This document shows, one piece after another, positions 47,501-56,107 of a stretch of DNA of 64,000 nt. Position 1 is the first letter of the stretch, and every line of letters begins with the position of its first letter. Below the pieces are notes generated by a model. It saw nothing but the letters and a program-made list of their open reading frames with translations, was not told the origin of the DNA and ran no database searches. The stretch comes from Clostridiaceae bacterium (GTDB lineage: Bacteria; Bacillota; Clostridia; Acetivibrionales; DTU013): positions 3,154 through 67,153 of the forward strand of contig JAAYPO010000068.1 of the NCBI GenBank assembly GCA_012519745.1, written 5' to 3'. The position numbers were made by a program, and so were the translations under genes.

Positions 47501-50500
47501 GTGCCTGCCGCAGCCGCAGCCGCAGCCTGGACTGCTGCTCCACTTGCGGCATACTATATCAGCAGACCTGCTGTCAGAAAACAGAGCAGATTGTCAGATA
47601 ATGATGTTGCCTTTCTGAAGAGGATATCGAGGAAAACCTGGAGGTATTTTGAGGATCACACAACAGAGGCCGAGAATTATCTGCCGCCGGACAATATCCA
47701 GCTGGATCCGCCGAAGGGTTCAGCCCGCAGGACTTCTCCCACCAATATCGGACTTCTTCTGCTATCGATGCTCTCCGCCCATGACCTTGGATATATAGGT
47801 CCGGACAGTATGGCGGAGAGACTGGACAGGACAATAAGCACCATGGAGAAACTTGAGAAGTGGAGAGGCCACCTGTATAACTGGTATGACACCATCACGA
47901 TGAAGAAGCTGCGGCCGCTTTACATATCCTCTGTGGACAGCGGCAATCTTGTCGGGTACATGATGGTATTGAAGGAAGGGCTGAAGGAATACAGGACCGG
48001 CAGGCTGATACGTCCTGCATTTGCATCGGGTCTTTCCGATACGATGGAGCTTATGCTGGAAAATGACAGCTCCGGTATTGATAAAAAGCTTCAGAATATG
48101 CTGTCGGAAATGGGAGCTGCGGCGAAGATCACTGATATCAGGCAGTGGGAGAGCACACTGAAGGGTGTTGCAGCCTGGCTGGATGCCCTGCCGGAAGAAA
48201 AACGACAGGGGAACGACGGCTGGGGCGAAAGGCTGAGTGAAATGGCAGAGCAGTTTACCCGGGAGCTATACTCATATTATCCGTTTTTGGAACGGCCTGA
48301 CGCAATTGGCGTATTGCAGCGATATGATGCGGAACTGGCAGGTGAGCTGCACGTCCCGGCTTCTCCGCAGGAGCTGCTGTCTCTCTATGGCAAAGCTGCA
48401 GAAATATTGGAGGCTGCAGGAAGTGACAGGGATGCTATATTGACCTTCGGAAGGGGAGCTGATCATATTACTGATATGCTCGGACGCTATGAAGATTTGA
48501 TCCGCAGGATAGCACAGCTTGTTGACGCCACTGAGTTCTCTCCGCTTTTTGACAGCAAAAGACTGCTGTTTTCCATTGGCTATAATGCTGAGGACGGACA
48601 TCTGAGCAAATCCTATTATGATCTGTTGGCCTCCGAAGCCAGACAGACAAGCTATATTGCCATTGCCAGAGGAGAGGTGGACCGCAGGCACTGGATGAGG
48701 CTTGGCAGAAAGCTGACGGGATCGGAGGGAGGCAAGGGTCTTGTGTCATGGACGGGAACAATGTTCGAATACCTGATGCCGCCGATTATCATGAAAAGCT
48801 ATGAAAATACCATCCTGGATGAGACCTACTCCTTTGTTGTCAAAAGGCAAAGAAAATACTGCAGGCACAGAGGCATACCCTGGGGCATATCAGAATCGGG
48901 CTACAGTGCCCTGGACTTTGGCCTCAATTATCAGTACAAGGCATTTGGAGTCCCCGAGCTTGGACTCAAGAGAGGCCTTGCCAACGATATGGTCACAGCT
49001 CCATATGCGTCGCTGCTGGCCGTCGGTATAGATCCGGCTCCTGTTGTGGAGAACCTGAGAGAACTGAGGCGTATAGGCATGGAAGGCACCTGCGGCTTCT
49101 ATGAGGCTGTGGATTTTACCCCGTCCAGACTGGACAGCGGCAGCAGCTTTCGTATAGTAAAGAGCTTTATGGCGCACCATCAGGGTATGAGTCTTGCTGC
49201 GCTGAATAATTTCTTCAACGGTGATATACTGCAAAAACGTTTTCATAATGACCCTGTTATACGTTCGGCTGAATTGCTGCTTCAGGAAAAAATGCCTGCC
49301 CGGGTCATTTATTCAAAGGGGCACAAGGAGGAATGGGTGAGCCGGAACCACAGGATCGAGCATACGGACAACGCAGCTGCAAGGACATACGGATCTCCCG
49401 GGACCATCCCCCCGAACATCCATATGCTGTCAAATGGTGAATATTCAGTATTGATCACAGACGGTGGTTCGGGACGCAGTCTCTGCGGCGATATGGCGGT
49501 CAACAGGTGGGAGGCTGATCATGTCAACAAAAAAGGCTTCTATATATTTATTCAGAATATCAACTCAAATACGGCATGGTCGGCCACTTACGATCCCTTC
49601 GGCCATGAGCCGGAAAAGTACAGGGTGGTGTTTTCGCCTGATAAGGCCGAGTTTACAAGAAAAAATGGAAATATAGAGTCATACCTTGAAATAACAGTAT
49701 CGCCTGAGGACAATGCGGAAATCAGACGCATATCGATAACGAATCACAGCGGGCATGTCAGATATGTGGAGCTTACCAGCTTTTTTGAGGCTGTGGCTGC
49801 TCCGCCCCGTGAGGATGCTGCACACCCGGCCTTCAGCAAGCTGTTTATCAGGACGGAATTTGTCAGGGACCACATGTGTCTGCTGGCAGCAAGAAGGCAG
49901 CGAAAGGCCGGGCAGCGGACATCCTGGCTTGTACACACCATGTCCCTTGAAGATGGGAATGCCGTGGGTGAGGTACAGTATGAGACCGACAGGATGAAAT
50001 TCATAGGCAGGAACCGGAATATTGCCGATCCGGCAGCAATGGAGCCTGATCAGCCCCTCAGCGGCAGTACCGGTTCGGTGCTCGATCCTGTCATGAGTCT
50101 GCGCAGACGTATCAAAGTTGAAGCCGGACAGACTGTCAGGGCCTTGTTTACAGCGGCTGTAGCTGATTCGCGCAGCCATGCCCTTGAGTTGGCTGATAAA
50201 TATAATGACTTCAGGATATCCGACAGGATATTTGAGCTTTCATGGACGAGAAGCCAGGTGGAGAACAGGTATCTCGGAATCAAGCCCGAGGACATGATAT
50301 TTTACCTTGAGCTTGTACCTTTCTTTATGTATAACAGCTCCTTCAAAAGGAGTTTTTCGAAGCATATCATGGAAAATACCGGTTATCAGCAGGATCTGTG
50401 GACCTTTGGGATATCGGGGGATCTGCCGCTGATGCTTGTTGGGATAAATGAGCCTGCTGACACGGAACTGTTGGAATGGGCACTGAAAGGACATGAATAC

Positions 50501-53308
50501 TGGCGGATGAAGGGCCTCACAGTCGATCTGGCCGTCCTGGTGAATAAAGTGGAGGGATACGACCAGCCGCTGAATGAGAGGATCAGAGATGCCATCGCTG
50601 CAAGTCATGCCAGAGAAATGACCAATAAGCATGGGGGAGTTTTCGTTATCAGCAGAGGAGATATAGATGAAAAACAGGTATCCCTCCTTTATACCGCTGC
50701 CTCTTTGATAGTGGAGGACAGCATCGAGGCCTTCAGAAGCAGTATAAAGAGCGCCGTATCTGCCCGTGAAGCTGAACATCCCGCCAATACATGCAATGAC
50801 GAGGAAAGACCGCGCAGGATAACGGTACATAACAGGTCCGTGAATGAAAGACTTTTGTTCTTCAACGGCATCGGAGGATTTTCCGAGGATGCAAGGGAAT
50901 ATGTAATCAGGCTTGAAGGCGGGCGTACAACTCCGCTGCCCTGGTCCAACGTCATCGCCAACAGGTCCTTTGGCTTTATCGTCACCGAGAGCGGAGGGGG
51001 ATACACCTGGTGTCAGAACAGCCGCGAGTTCAAGCTCACGCCATGGGACAATGACCCTGTGACGGACCGACAGGGAGAAGTGTTTTACCTGAGCGATATC
51101 GACGAGAAGTGTCATTGGAGCCTCACTCCAATGCCGGCACCGGGCAATGGGGCATACACTGTGCGCCATGGTCCGGGCTGCAGTGTTTTCCGGCATGAAA
51201 GCAATGGGATAGCGCAGACGCTGACAATGTTTGTGTCTTTGGATCATCCTGTCAAGATATGCATCGTCAGACTGAAAAATCTGACAGGCAGGCAGCGGAA
51301 GCTGAAGATAACCTGGTATATCAGGCCTGTGCTTGGTGTCGATGAGAGTCAGACATCCCGGTTCATTGTTACCGGAATGGATAAAAACGGGGTACTGTTC
51401 ATTGAGAACAAATTTACCGGTGAGTTCAGAGGCAAAACAGCTTTTGTGGCTGCCAGCCCCGGAGAAGTATCATTTACATGCGACAGGACAGCATTCATCG
51501 GTCATAATGGCAATCCGGCAGAGCCGGCAGGTCTGCATGGAGGCAAACTCTCCGGTGAGGCAGGCGCAGGTCTGGATCCATGTGCGGCTGTCAGCTGTAT
51601 TGCGGAACCGGCACCTGAGGAGGAGACGGCTGTCGTTTTTCTCCTGGGCTGTACTGACGGTACAGAGCCGGTACAGGGTATCGTAAAAAGATTCGCGGCT
51701 GTTGAAGGGGCTGTAAATGAGCTGGAGCGTGTAAAATCATTCTGGAGTGAAAGACTTGATGCAATACGTCTGAGTACCCCTGATGATTCCTTCGATGTTC
51801 TGATGAACGGCTGGCTCGTCTATCAGTCTACAGCCTGCCGGATGTGGGCCAGGTCAGGATATTATCAGGCCGGGGGAGCCTATGGCTTCAGGGATCAGCT
51901 GCAGGACTGTATGGCCTTGCTGAACACTGATCCCGGGCTTTCAAGAGATCAGATACTGCTGCATGCTTCAAGACAATTCAAGGAAGGCGATGTGCAGCAC
52001 TGGTGGCATGCGGAGACGGGCAAAGGCATAAGGACAAGGTACTCGGATGATTTGCTGTGGCTTGCCTATGTCACGGCAGAGTATTTGGAGAAGTCCGGTG
52101 ATGAATCAATACTGAGAGAGACAGTACCGTTTTTGGAGGGAAATCTGCTTGAGCAAGGTGTGGATGAGAAGTATGAAGAGCCAAGAGAGTCAGATGCAGC
52201 GGCGAGTTTGTATGAACACTGCGTGTTGGCCATAGACAGGTCGCTGGCCACAGGACCGCATGGCATACCGCTGATTGGAAGCGGTGACTGGAATGACGGA
52301 ATGAATACGGTAGGCAATAAGGGCTCCGGTGAGAGTGTTTGGCTTGGCTGGTTCCTCATATCGATACTCAACAGGTTTATTCCGATATGCAGGCTTATGG
52401 ATGATCCCGGAAGAGCCGAACTTTATCGTGAAAAGAGCGGGGAGCTTATTGAGAGTATCGAAAGGGAGGCGTGGGACGGAAGCTGGTACAGGAGGGCATA
52501 TTTTGATGACGGCACGCCCCTTGGTTCGGTAAACAATTCAGAGTGCATGATAGATTCCATATCCCAGTCGTGGTCGGTAATATCAGGGGCTGCAAGACCC
52601 AAGCGCGCCCGGGAAGCCATGGCAGCTGTGCTAAAGCATCTTGTGGATACGGGTGAGGGCATAGTCAAGCTGCTTGCCCCTCCGTTTGATGATGGGGAGC
52701 TTAAGCCCGGCTATATCAAGGGATATGTACCGGGAGTCCGGGAAAACGGCGGACAGTATACCCACGCCGCGACATGGGTGGTGCTTGCCTTCACCAAGCT
52801 TGGCATGGGTGACAAGGCCTGTGAGATATTCCATATGCTAAATCCCATCAATCATACCAGGACCGATTTTGAATATTCAAGGTACAAAACAGAGCCCTAT
52901 GTTATGGCCGCGGATGTATATGCAGTGAGCCCCCACGCCGGCAGGGGAGGATGGACCTGGTACACCGGCGCGGCAGGCTGGCTCTACAAGGTAGGACTTG
53001 AGAATATAGCGGGCTTTGTGAAAAAGGGTGAAAGACTATATATAAATCCATGTATTCCATCCACATGGAAAAAATACGAGATAGTTTACAAATACAGAGA
53101 TTCGACCTTCTTCATAGAAGTAAGCAATCCTGACGGTGTGAGCTGCGGAGTATCACACATCATTGCTGACGGCAGTATATGCAACACAGGTTATATAGAC
53201 CTGACGATACCCGGCCGCCATAATATCCAGGTCGTCATGGGCGCGCCGTATCACTTTGTACCTGTTGCGGAGCCAAATGCTGCCGGCTCAAGGATCGGGA
53301 AATCGTAG
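44507..53308 (+). CDS. cyclic beta-1,2-glucan synthase-like giant protein (GT84 glycosyltransferase + glucoamylase-like linker + GH94 phosphorylase domain)
   Basis: 2933 aa. N-terminal TM helices. GT84 blocks VITLDADTWLPMGAAKKLIGTIAHPLN and ARQHRWTRGDWQLLPW. Additional TM cluster around aa 830-1010. Middle block GIPWGISESGYSALDFGLNYQYKAFGVPELGLKRGL. GH94 blocks GGAYGFRDQLQDCMAL and GSGDWNDGMN. Confidence 0.85.
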   Translation: MSSFQGMLYERKKHGTVIFFMIFIIATYAVLAGLIVYLLTALLSQRSKVNVEVRDTALTDEELQKHAVQLARNHPVGRSRSLSWLIRRLNDNFGLISEVHGMLGNDAGDSFPTAPAAEWLLDNFYIIEEQVKIIRRSLSRGRYSKLPVLTKGFLKGYPRVYAIALEIVAHTNGNLDEKSITSFIQSYQSQTLLSMGELWAVPLMLRISLVEAMRNICEGISSSRREWHRAEALAQSLGTEGADEHMIGAVLSSRLDKETVTPAFVEYLIRRLRKQGKTLSTVISLLDQRLGLEGTSTREMTAGEHQAQAEMQVAIGNSITGLRLISELDWSELFEALSRVEQILRGDPAGIYPLMDFESRDYYRHEIEKISRALGIMETHVADQAVECAESGAGEGLSPQDHVGFYIAGMGRKLLLARISNISGRKWRLSMTSSSKPKGLYIGIVLFLFVFLTAYFMYYTGTHDGTQSVLWPIITALLVIMPSSELALCLTNTIAGYICSPSMLPKLEFRSGIPEDKASFVIVPALLTSPARARELVSQMEVCYLANREANLFFALVGDFKDAGSENMDGDDEITRSAISGIEELNARYCAQGAAIFHYLHRGRIYNSSQERWMGWERKRGAIVEFNRLLRGSRDTGFRIITPELPAQPQIKYVITLDADTWLPMGAAKKLIGTIAHPLNRAVVDETTGIVKDGHGILQPRIGVSIPGANRSFFTKIFAGQGGIDPYTTAVSDIYQDIWGEGIFTGKGIYDVDIFARVLHDRIPDNTVLSHDLLEGCHLRVGLVSDIELVDGYPGSYRSFTARQHRWTRGDWQLLPWLGRYVRKRSGEKVINDLSGLSKWKIFDNLRRSLLYPSLFFLFLAGILFLPGDVLVWTGFVAFVSISPLTAGFLNSLLAGTIQFKSGKTDSVAISGMKAALYQSLLLFMFIPFQTSLMLDAVIRTVYRVMYSRRNMLEWVTAADAEAGADNSLAGYYKKMWFSVTGAVMVLIAAFTASNKALVPAAAAAAAWTAAPLAAYYISRPAVRKQSRLSDNDVAFLKRISRKTWRYFEDHTTEAENYLPPDNIQLDPPKGSARRTSPTNIGLLLLSMLSAHDLGYIGPDSMAERLDRTISTMEKLEKWRGHLYNWYDTITMKKLRPLYISSVDSGNLVGYMMVLKEGLKEYRTGRLIRPAFASGLSDTMELMLENDSSGIDKKLQNMLSEMGAAAKITDIRQWESTLKGVAAWLDALPEEKRQGNDGWGERLSEMAEQFTRELYSYYPFLERPDAIGVLQRYDAELAGELHVPASPQELLSLYGKAAEILEAAGSDRDAILTFGRGADHITDMLGRYEDLIRRIAQLVDATEFSPLFDSKRLLFSIGYNAEDGHLSKSYYDLLASEARQTSYIAIARGEVDRRHWMRLGRKLTGSEGGKGLVSWTGTMFEYLMPPIIMKSYENTILDETYSFVVKRQRKYCRHRGIPWGISESGYSALDFGLNYQYKAFGVPELGLKRGLANDMVTAPYASLLAVGIDPAPVVENLRELRRIGMEGTCGFYEAVDFTPSRLDSGSSFRIVKSFMAHHQGMSLAALNNFFNGDILQKRFHNDPVIRSAELLLQEKMPARVIYSKGHKEEWVSRNHRIEHTDNAAARTYGSPGTIPPNIHMLSNGEYSVLITDGGSGRSLCGDMAVNRWEADHVNKKGFYIFIQNINSNTAWSATYDPFGHEPEKYRVVFSPDKAEFTRKNGNIESYLEITVSPEDNAEIRRISITNHSGHVRYVELTSFFEAVAAPPREDAAHPAFSKLFIRTEFVRDHMCLLAARRQRKAGQRTSWLVHTMSLEDGNAVGEVQYETDRMKFIGRNRNIADPAAMEPDQPLSGSTGSVLDPVMSLRRRIKVEAGQTVRALFTAAVADSRSHALELADKYNDFRISDRIFELSWTRSQVENRYLGIKPEDMIFYLELVPFFMYNSSFKRSFSKHIMENTGYQQDLWTFGISGDLPLMLVGINEPADTELLEWALKGHEYWRMKGLTVDLAVLVNKVEGYDQPLNERIRDAIAASHAREMTNKHGGVFVISRGDIDEKQVSLLYTAASLIVEDSIEAFRSSIKSAVSAREAEHPANTCNDEERPRRITVHNRSVNERLLFFNGIGGFSEDAREYVIRLEGGRTTPLPWSNVIANRSFGFIVTESGGGYTWCQNSREFKLTPWDNDPVTDRQGEVFYLSDIDEKCHWSLTPMPAPGNGAYTVRHGPGCSVFRHESNGIAQTLTMFVSLDHPVKICIVRLKNLTGRQRKLKITWYIRPVLGVDESQTSRFIVTGMDKNGVLFIENKFTGEFRGKTAFVAASPGEVSFTCDRTAFIGHNGNPAEPAGLHGGKLSGEAGAGLDPCAAVSCIAEPAPEEETAVVFLLGCTDGTEPVQGIVKRFAAVEGAVNELERVKSFWSERLDAIRLSTPDDSFDVLMNGWLVYQSTACRMWARSGYYQAGGAYGFRDQLQDCMALLNTDPGLSRDQILLHASRQFKEGDVQHWWHAETGKGIRTRYSDDLLWLAYVTAEYLEKSGDESILRETVPFLEGNLLEQGVDEKYEEPRESDAAASLYEHCVLAIDRSLATGPHGIPLIGSGDWNDGMNTVGNKGSGESVWLGWFLISILNRFIPICRLMDDPGRAELYREKSGELIESIEREAWDGSWYRRAYFDDGTPLGSVNNSECMIDSISQSWSVISGAARPKRAREAMAAVLKHLVDTGEGIVKLLAPPFDDGELKPGYIKGYVPGVRENGGQYTHAATWVVLAFTKLGMGDKACEIFHMLNPINHTRTDFEYSRYKTEPYVMAADVYAVSPHAGRGGWTWYTGAAGWLYKVGLENIAGFVKKGERLYINPCIPSTWKKYEIVYKYRDSTFFIEVSNPDGVSCGVSHIIADGSICNTGYIDLTIPGRHNIQVVMGAPYHFVPVAEPNAAGSRIGKS

Positions 53309-53919
53309 CCATCCTCGTACATTTCGGCCAGCATACGGACAGCTCCCGTAAAATCACTGATCAGGTCAAGACCCCTTTCTTCAAGGAGATGCTGGAGGAT
53401 GCCGCTTTCACGATAAACCCACCGGGCATATCTGGAACGCTCCTTCATATATTCCTCCAGTATCTTGGGATCATCTATATCATCGATTATTTCCGAGCAG
53501 ATGAAAAAGTTGCATACCGTTGTTCTGAACCTTGCCGGCAGCATACAGCCCTTTTCAGGCACTACAAAGGGACAGGTCCTGAAAAAAATGGTATGATCCT
53601 TTATGCCGCCTGTCTCAATCAGTGCTCCTGACGCCATGTATTTTTCATATGCATCCTTGTCGAAATGACCGGTAGAATAAAGATTGAATCTGTTTACCTT
53701 TGTGCCCGGATATGACAGTATCATATCCAGCGCCCTGCGGCCTCCCTCCAGAGCAGCCATCCTCTGGATATCGACCAGTGTGAATTCCGGAAAGTAATGA
53801 CAGCAGCCTCTGTTTATAATGCTGCATAAGCTTTTTCCCATTATACTTTTGCAATGGCTGCAATCGGTACAGCCGATCTGAGGTACCCCCATATCAAAAA
53901 AAACAAAAATATTTCCCAT
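53251..53919 (-). CDS. Cys-cluster protein (YkgJ/UPF0153-like putative Zn/Fe-binding protein)
   Basis: 222 aa. N-terminal GCTDCSHCKS..CSIINRGCCHYFP resembles the CxxCxxC...CC cysteine cluster. The 3' end overlaps the convergent giant gene by 58 nt. Confidence 0.35.
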   Translation of the reverse strand: MGNIFVFFDMGVPQIGCTDCSHCKSIMGKSLCSIINRGCCHYFPEFTLVDIQRMAALEGGRRALDMILSYPGTKVNRFNLYSTGHFDKDAYEKYMASGALIETGGIKDHTIFFRTCPFVVPEKGCMLPARFRTTVCNFFICSEIIDDIDDPKILEEYMKERSRYARWVYRESGILQHLLEERGLDLISDFTGAVRMLAEMYEDGYDFPILEPAAFGSATGTK

Positions 53920-54072
53920 AAATCGCCCCCTGACATATCTGTATTTTAAGCACTTTTCAACTGTTGCTCAAGTCACTGTGAACCACTATTTCCAACACTT
54001 ATTATAATTATGTCATGGCATTATGACAATATTTTTTTACATACAAAAGATGGGATATTAGGGGAAATTATG

Positions 54073-54101
54073 TTGAACATGTGACGATAATGTAATATAA
54101 T
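54073..54101 (+). promoter_or_regulatory. sigma-A-type promoter upstream of the Spo0E-like gene
   Basis: TTGAAC, a 17-nt spacer and TATAAT. It leaves a leader of about 140 nt that begins near a 10-bp palindrome AGTAGCTACT (about 54112-54121). Confidence 0.55.
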
Positions 54102-54248
54102 ATACATATATAGTAGCTACTCAAATATTCTGTTATTATGTTGTTTCACGGCTTTATTCCAGGTATCAGAAGTATGGAGGTTTCCCGGTTAGCATCAGCA
54201 CAGGAATCTTAGGTAAGCAGGGTGGCGTTATTGTGTTCTGGGAGGTGG

Positions 54249-54434
54249 ATGGCCTTGAAAGACAGAAAATTCTCATATCGCATCAGGAGAATCAACAAAT
54301 TAAGACAAAAACTATATCGATTACTCGAAACCGAGCACTTTACCAGCAGCAATGTGTTAAGGCACAGCCGCGAGCTTGATTCCCTTATATTGCAATATTA
54401 CACAAAACAGGATCACGAATTGAATGAACCATAA
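54249..54434 (+). CDS. Spo0E-family sporulation regulatory aspartyl-phosphate phosphatase
   Basis: From ORF 54222..54434; the start is ATG 54249 or TTG 54255 (GGAGGTGG RBS). The helical-hairpin signature IRRINKLRQKLYRLLE...SNVLRHSRELDSLILQYY includes the SxxLD motif. Confidence 0.7.
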   Translation: MALKDRKFSYRIRRINKLRQKLYRLLETEHFTSSNVLRHSRELDSLILQYYTKQDHELNEP

Positions 54435-55213
54435 ACCAATACTACCAGGAATGGCAATACTATCAATGCGACAGCCAGATTTCCGGTGCCTGCGGTGGGG
54501 ATCTGATGGCCGAATATGGTTTGTCCTGCAATGAGACAGCTTGCAGCCAGACCTGATACAAGGCCTCCCAACGCGCCGGAGCTGATCATCATAGGATGGA
54601 CCTTGTCGGCAGAAGGTCGGCTGATGTCCGTGGGGTGCATGATATCCGTCCAGAGCAGATTGTTTTTCTTTGCAAAGGAGTAGACGAGAGGAAGCAAAAC
54701 AGGTCCCAATACCAGTGAGGTCACTGTATTGTTCAATGTGATTATTATCGCGAGGGCCGAAAAACTTGCCAAATTCAAAACATCAAGACCCCAGGCAATG
54801 GTAACGGCGCAGGCAGTGCTTGCAATAAAGCTCGTTATGCCGAAACGGGCAAGCTTCCAGGGGGAGTTGATGGTCGGAGCCCTGTCCTCGCCATGCCTCT
54901 GCTTTATATGATACCATAGCTTGTATGGTATGAAGGCATGGAGGAAATTGCCGATGAAACCGAATATAGATCCGGCCGAAAATGTGCCAAAAAGGTCGCC
55001 TCCCAGGTTTCCTATGGCGGAGCCCCACGCGCCTGCGGGACCGAACAGCAGTCCGAAAATAATGGGAAGCAGCGAGGCGGGCCTGATCTCTGTGATGCCG
55101 GGTATGATTACGATGGATTTTGTGGGCAGCAGAAAAAGCATGTATATGCCTGCGCACAATACAGTGAGAGCGACCATCATGCCATATTTCCACATACTGA
55201 TCAGTTCCTTCAC
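54413..55213 (-). CDS. polytopic membrane protein, QueT / ECF S-component-like transporter
   Basis: 266 aa with about 6-7 TM helices. EIRPASLLPIIFGLLFGPAGAWGSAIGNLGGDLFG resembles vitamin/queuosine-precursor S-component families. GTG start with a GGAGG RBS. The family assignment is tentative. Confidence 0.35.
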   Translation of the reverse strand: MKELISMWKYGMMVALTVLCAGIYMLFLLPTKSIVIIPGITEIRPASLLPIIFGLLFGPAGAWGSAIGNLGGDLFGTFSAGSIFGFIGNFLHAFIPYKLWYHIKQRHGEDRAPTINSPWKLARFGITSFIASTACAVTIAWGLDVLNLASFSALAIIITLNNTVTSLVLGPVLLPLVYSFAKKNNLLWTDIMHPTDISRPSADKVHPMMISSGALGGLVSGLAASCLIAGQTIFGHQIPTAGTGNLAVALIVLPFLVVLVYGSFNS

Positions 55214-55448
55214 AGCATCCTCCGAGGGTTTGTTTAAAATATTGTATCATTTTCCATATAGCTGTGTCCACAAAATGACATCTATCAGCGGCCGGGTTTT
55301 ATTGATCCGTTATTGCAGAATAAATAAATGGTATTTTTCGAATAAGTGTGTTAGCATATTATAAGGCGGTATTCGTATGAAACCGTACTTTGTAAAAATC
55401 AATTTGCGACTTATATCCTTCGGGAATAAGAGCGGGAGGTCGATGATA

Positions 55449-56036
55449 ATGAAAAAAGAAATCGGTAAGAGAAGGTTCAACACAAGACAGATCGCAGTAG
55501 TCGGTATGCTCTCGGCAATATCCATCGTACTTGGGTCTACAGGATTCGGATTTATTCCGCTTCCAATGGCAAAGGCAACCATCATGCACATACCCGTCAT
55601 CATCGGAGCGATCCTTGAGGGTCCTGTAGTTGGCCTGGTCGCGGGTCTCATCTTCGGAGTTTTCAGCATAATCCAAAATCTCACAAATCCCTCGATTCTT
55701 TCATTTGCGTTTTTGAATCCGCTGGTATCGGTGCTTCCAAGAATGCTTATCGGAATAACCACATATTACTCCTATAAGATACCCTTTATAAAAAATGATG
55801 TGCTGAAGTCGGCTGTTAGTGCAGTTGCGGGGACACTGACCAATACCGTGGGCGTACTTGGCATGATATACCTGCTCTATGCGGCTGAGTATGCACAGGC
55901 AAGAGGGATAGAGCCGCAGACTGCCGCGACGGCCATCTTTGGGATCGCATTGACCAACGGTCTGCCTGAGATCCTGGTGTCTGTAGCATTAACGATACCT
56001 ATAGTGGTGGCTGTTAAAAAGCTGATAAAGAAATAG
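55449..56036 (+). CDS. ECF-transporter S component (PanT-like substrate-capture subunit)
   Basis: From ORF 55377..56036, with the start moved to ATG 55449 (GGGAGG RBS 9 nt upstream). RQIAVVGMLSAISIVLG..ATIMHIPVIIGAILEGPVVGLVAGLIFG is typical of group II S components. No ecfA/ecfT genes are adjacent. Confidence 0.65.
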   Translation: MKKEIGKRRFNTRQIAVVGMLSAISIVLGSTGFGFIPLPMAKATIMHIPVIIGAILEGPVVGLVAGLIFGVFSIIQNLTNPSILSFAFLNPLVSVLPRMLIGITTYYSYKIPFIKNDVLKSAVSAVAGTLTNTVGVLGMIYLLYAAEYAQARGIEPQTAATAIFGIALTNGLPEILVSVALTIPIVVAVKKLIKK

Positions 56037-56051
56037 GACTCACCAAAAAAT

Positions 56052-56089
56052 AAAACAGCGTGGGAAATAAATATTCCCCGCTGTTTTTT
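56052..56089. terminator. bidirectional terminator between the S-component gene and glxK
   Basis: AAAACAGCGTGGGAA, a loop and TTCCCCGCTGTTTTTT (one mismatch). Confidence 0.65.
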
Positions 56090-56107
56090 GATGTTTTCAT
56101 ATCAGGC

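Noticed and set aside
47505-47535. A GCC/GCA trinucleotide run (CCTGCCGCAGCCGCAGCCGCAGCC) inside the giant gene.
   Set aside because: It simply encodes a poly-Ala stretch (PAAAAAAAW) within a predicted TM/linker region. It is too short and imperfect to count as a variable repeat.
55214-55300. A possible preQ1 riboswitch upstream of the QueT-like membrane protein, and a possible riboswitch in the ~180-nt leader of the ECF S-component gene (55270-55448).
   Set aside because: The minus-strand leader lacks the preQ1-I hairpin with its CCC loop and the AAAAAACUA tail. I saw only an AU-only hairpin. The plus-strand leader shows just a small UUCG-capped hairpin (CTTATATCC-TTCG-GGAATAAG) and no motif I can match to a known class.
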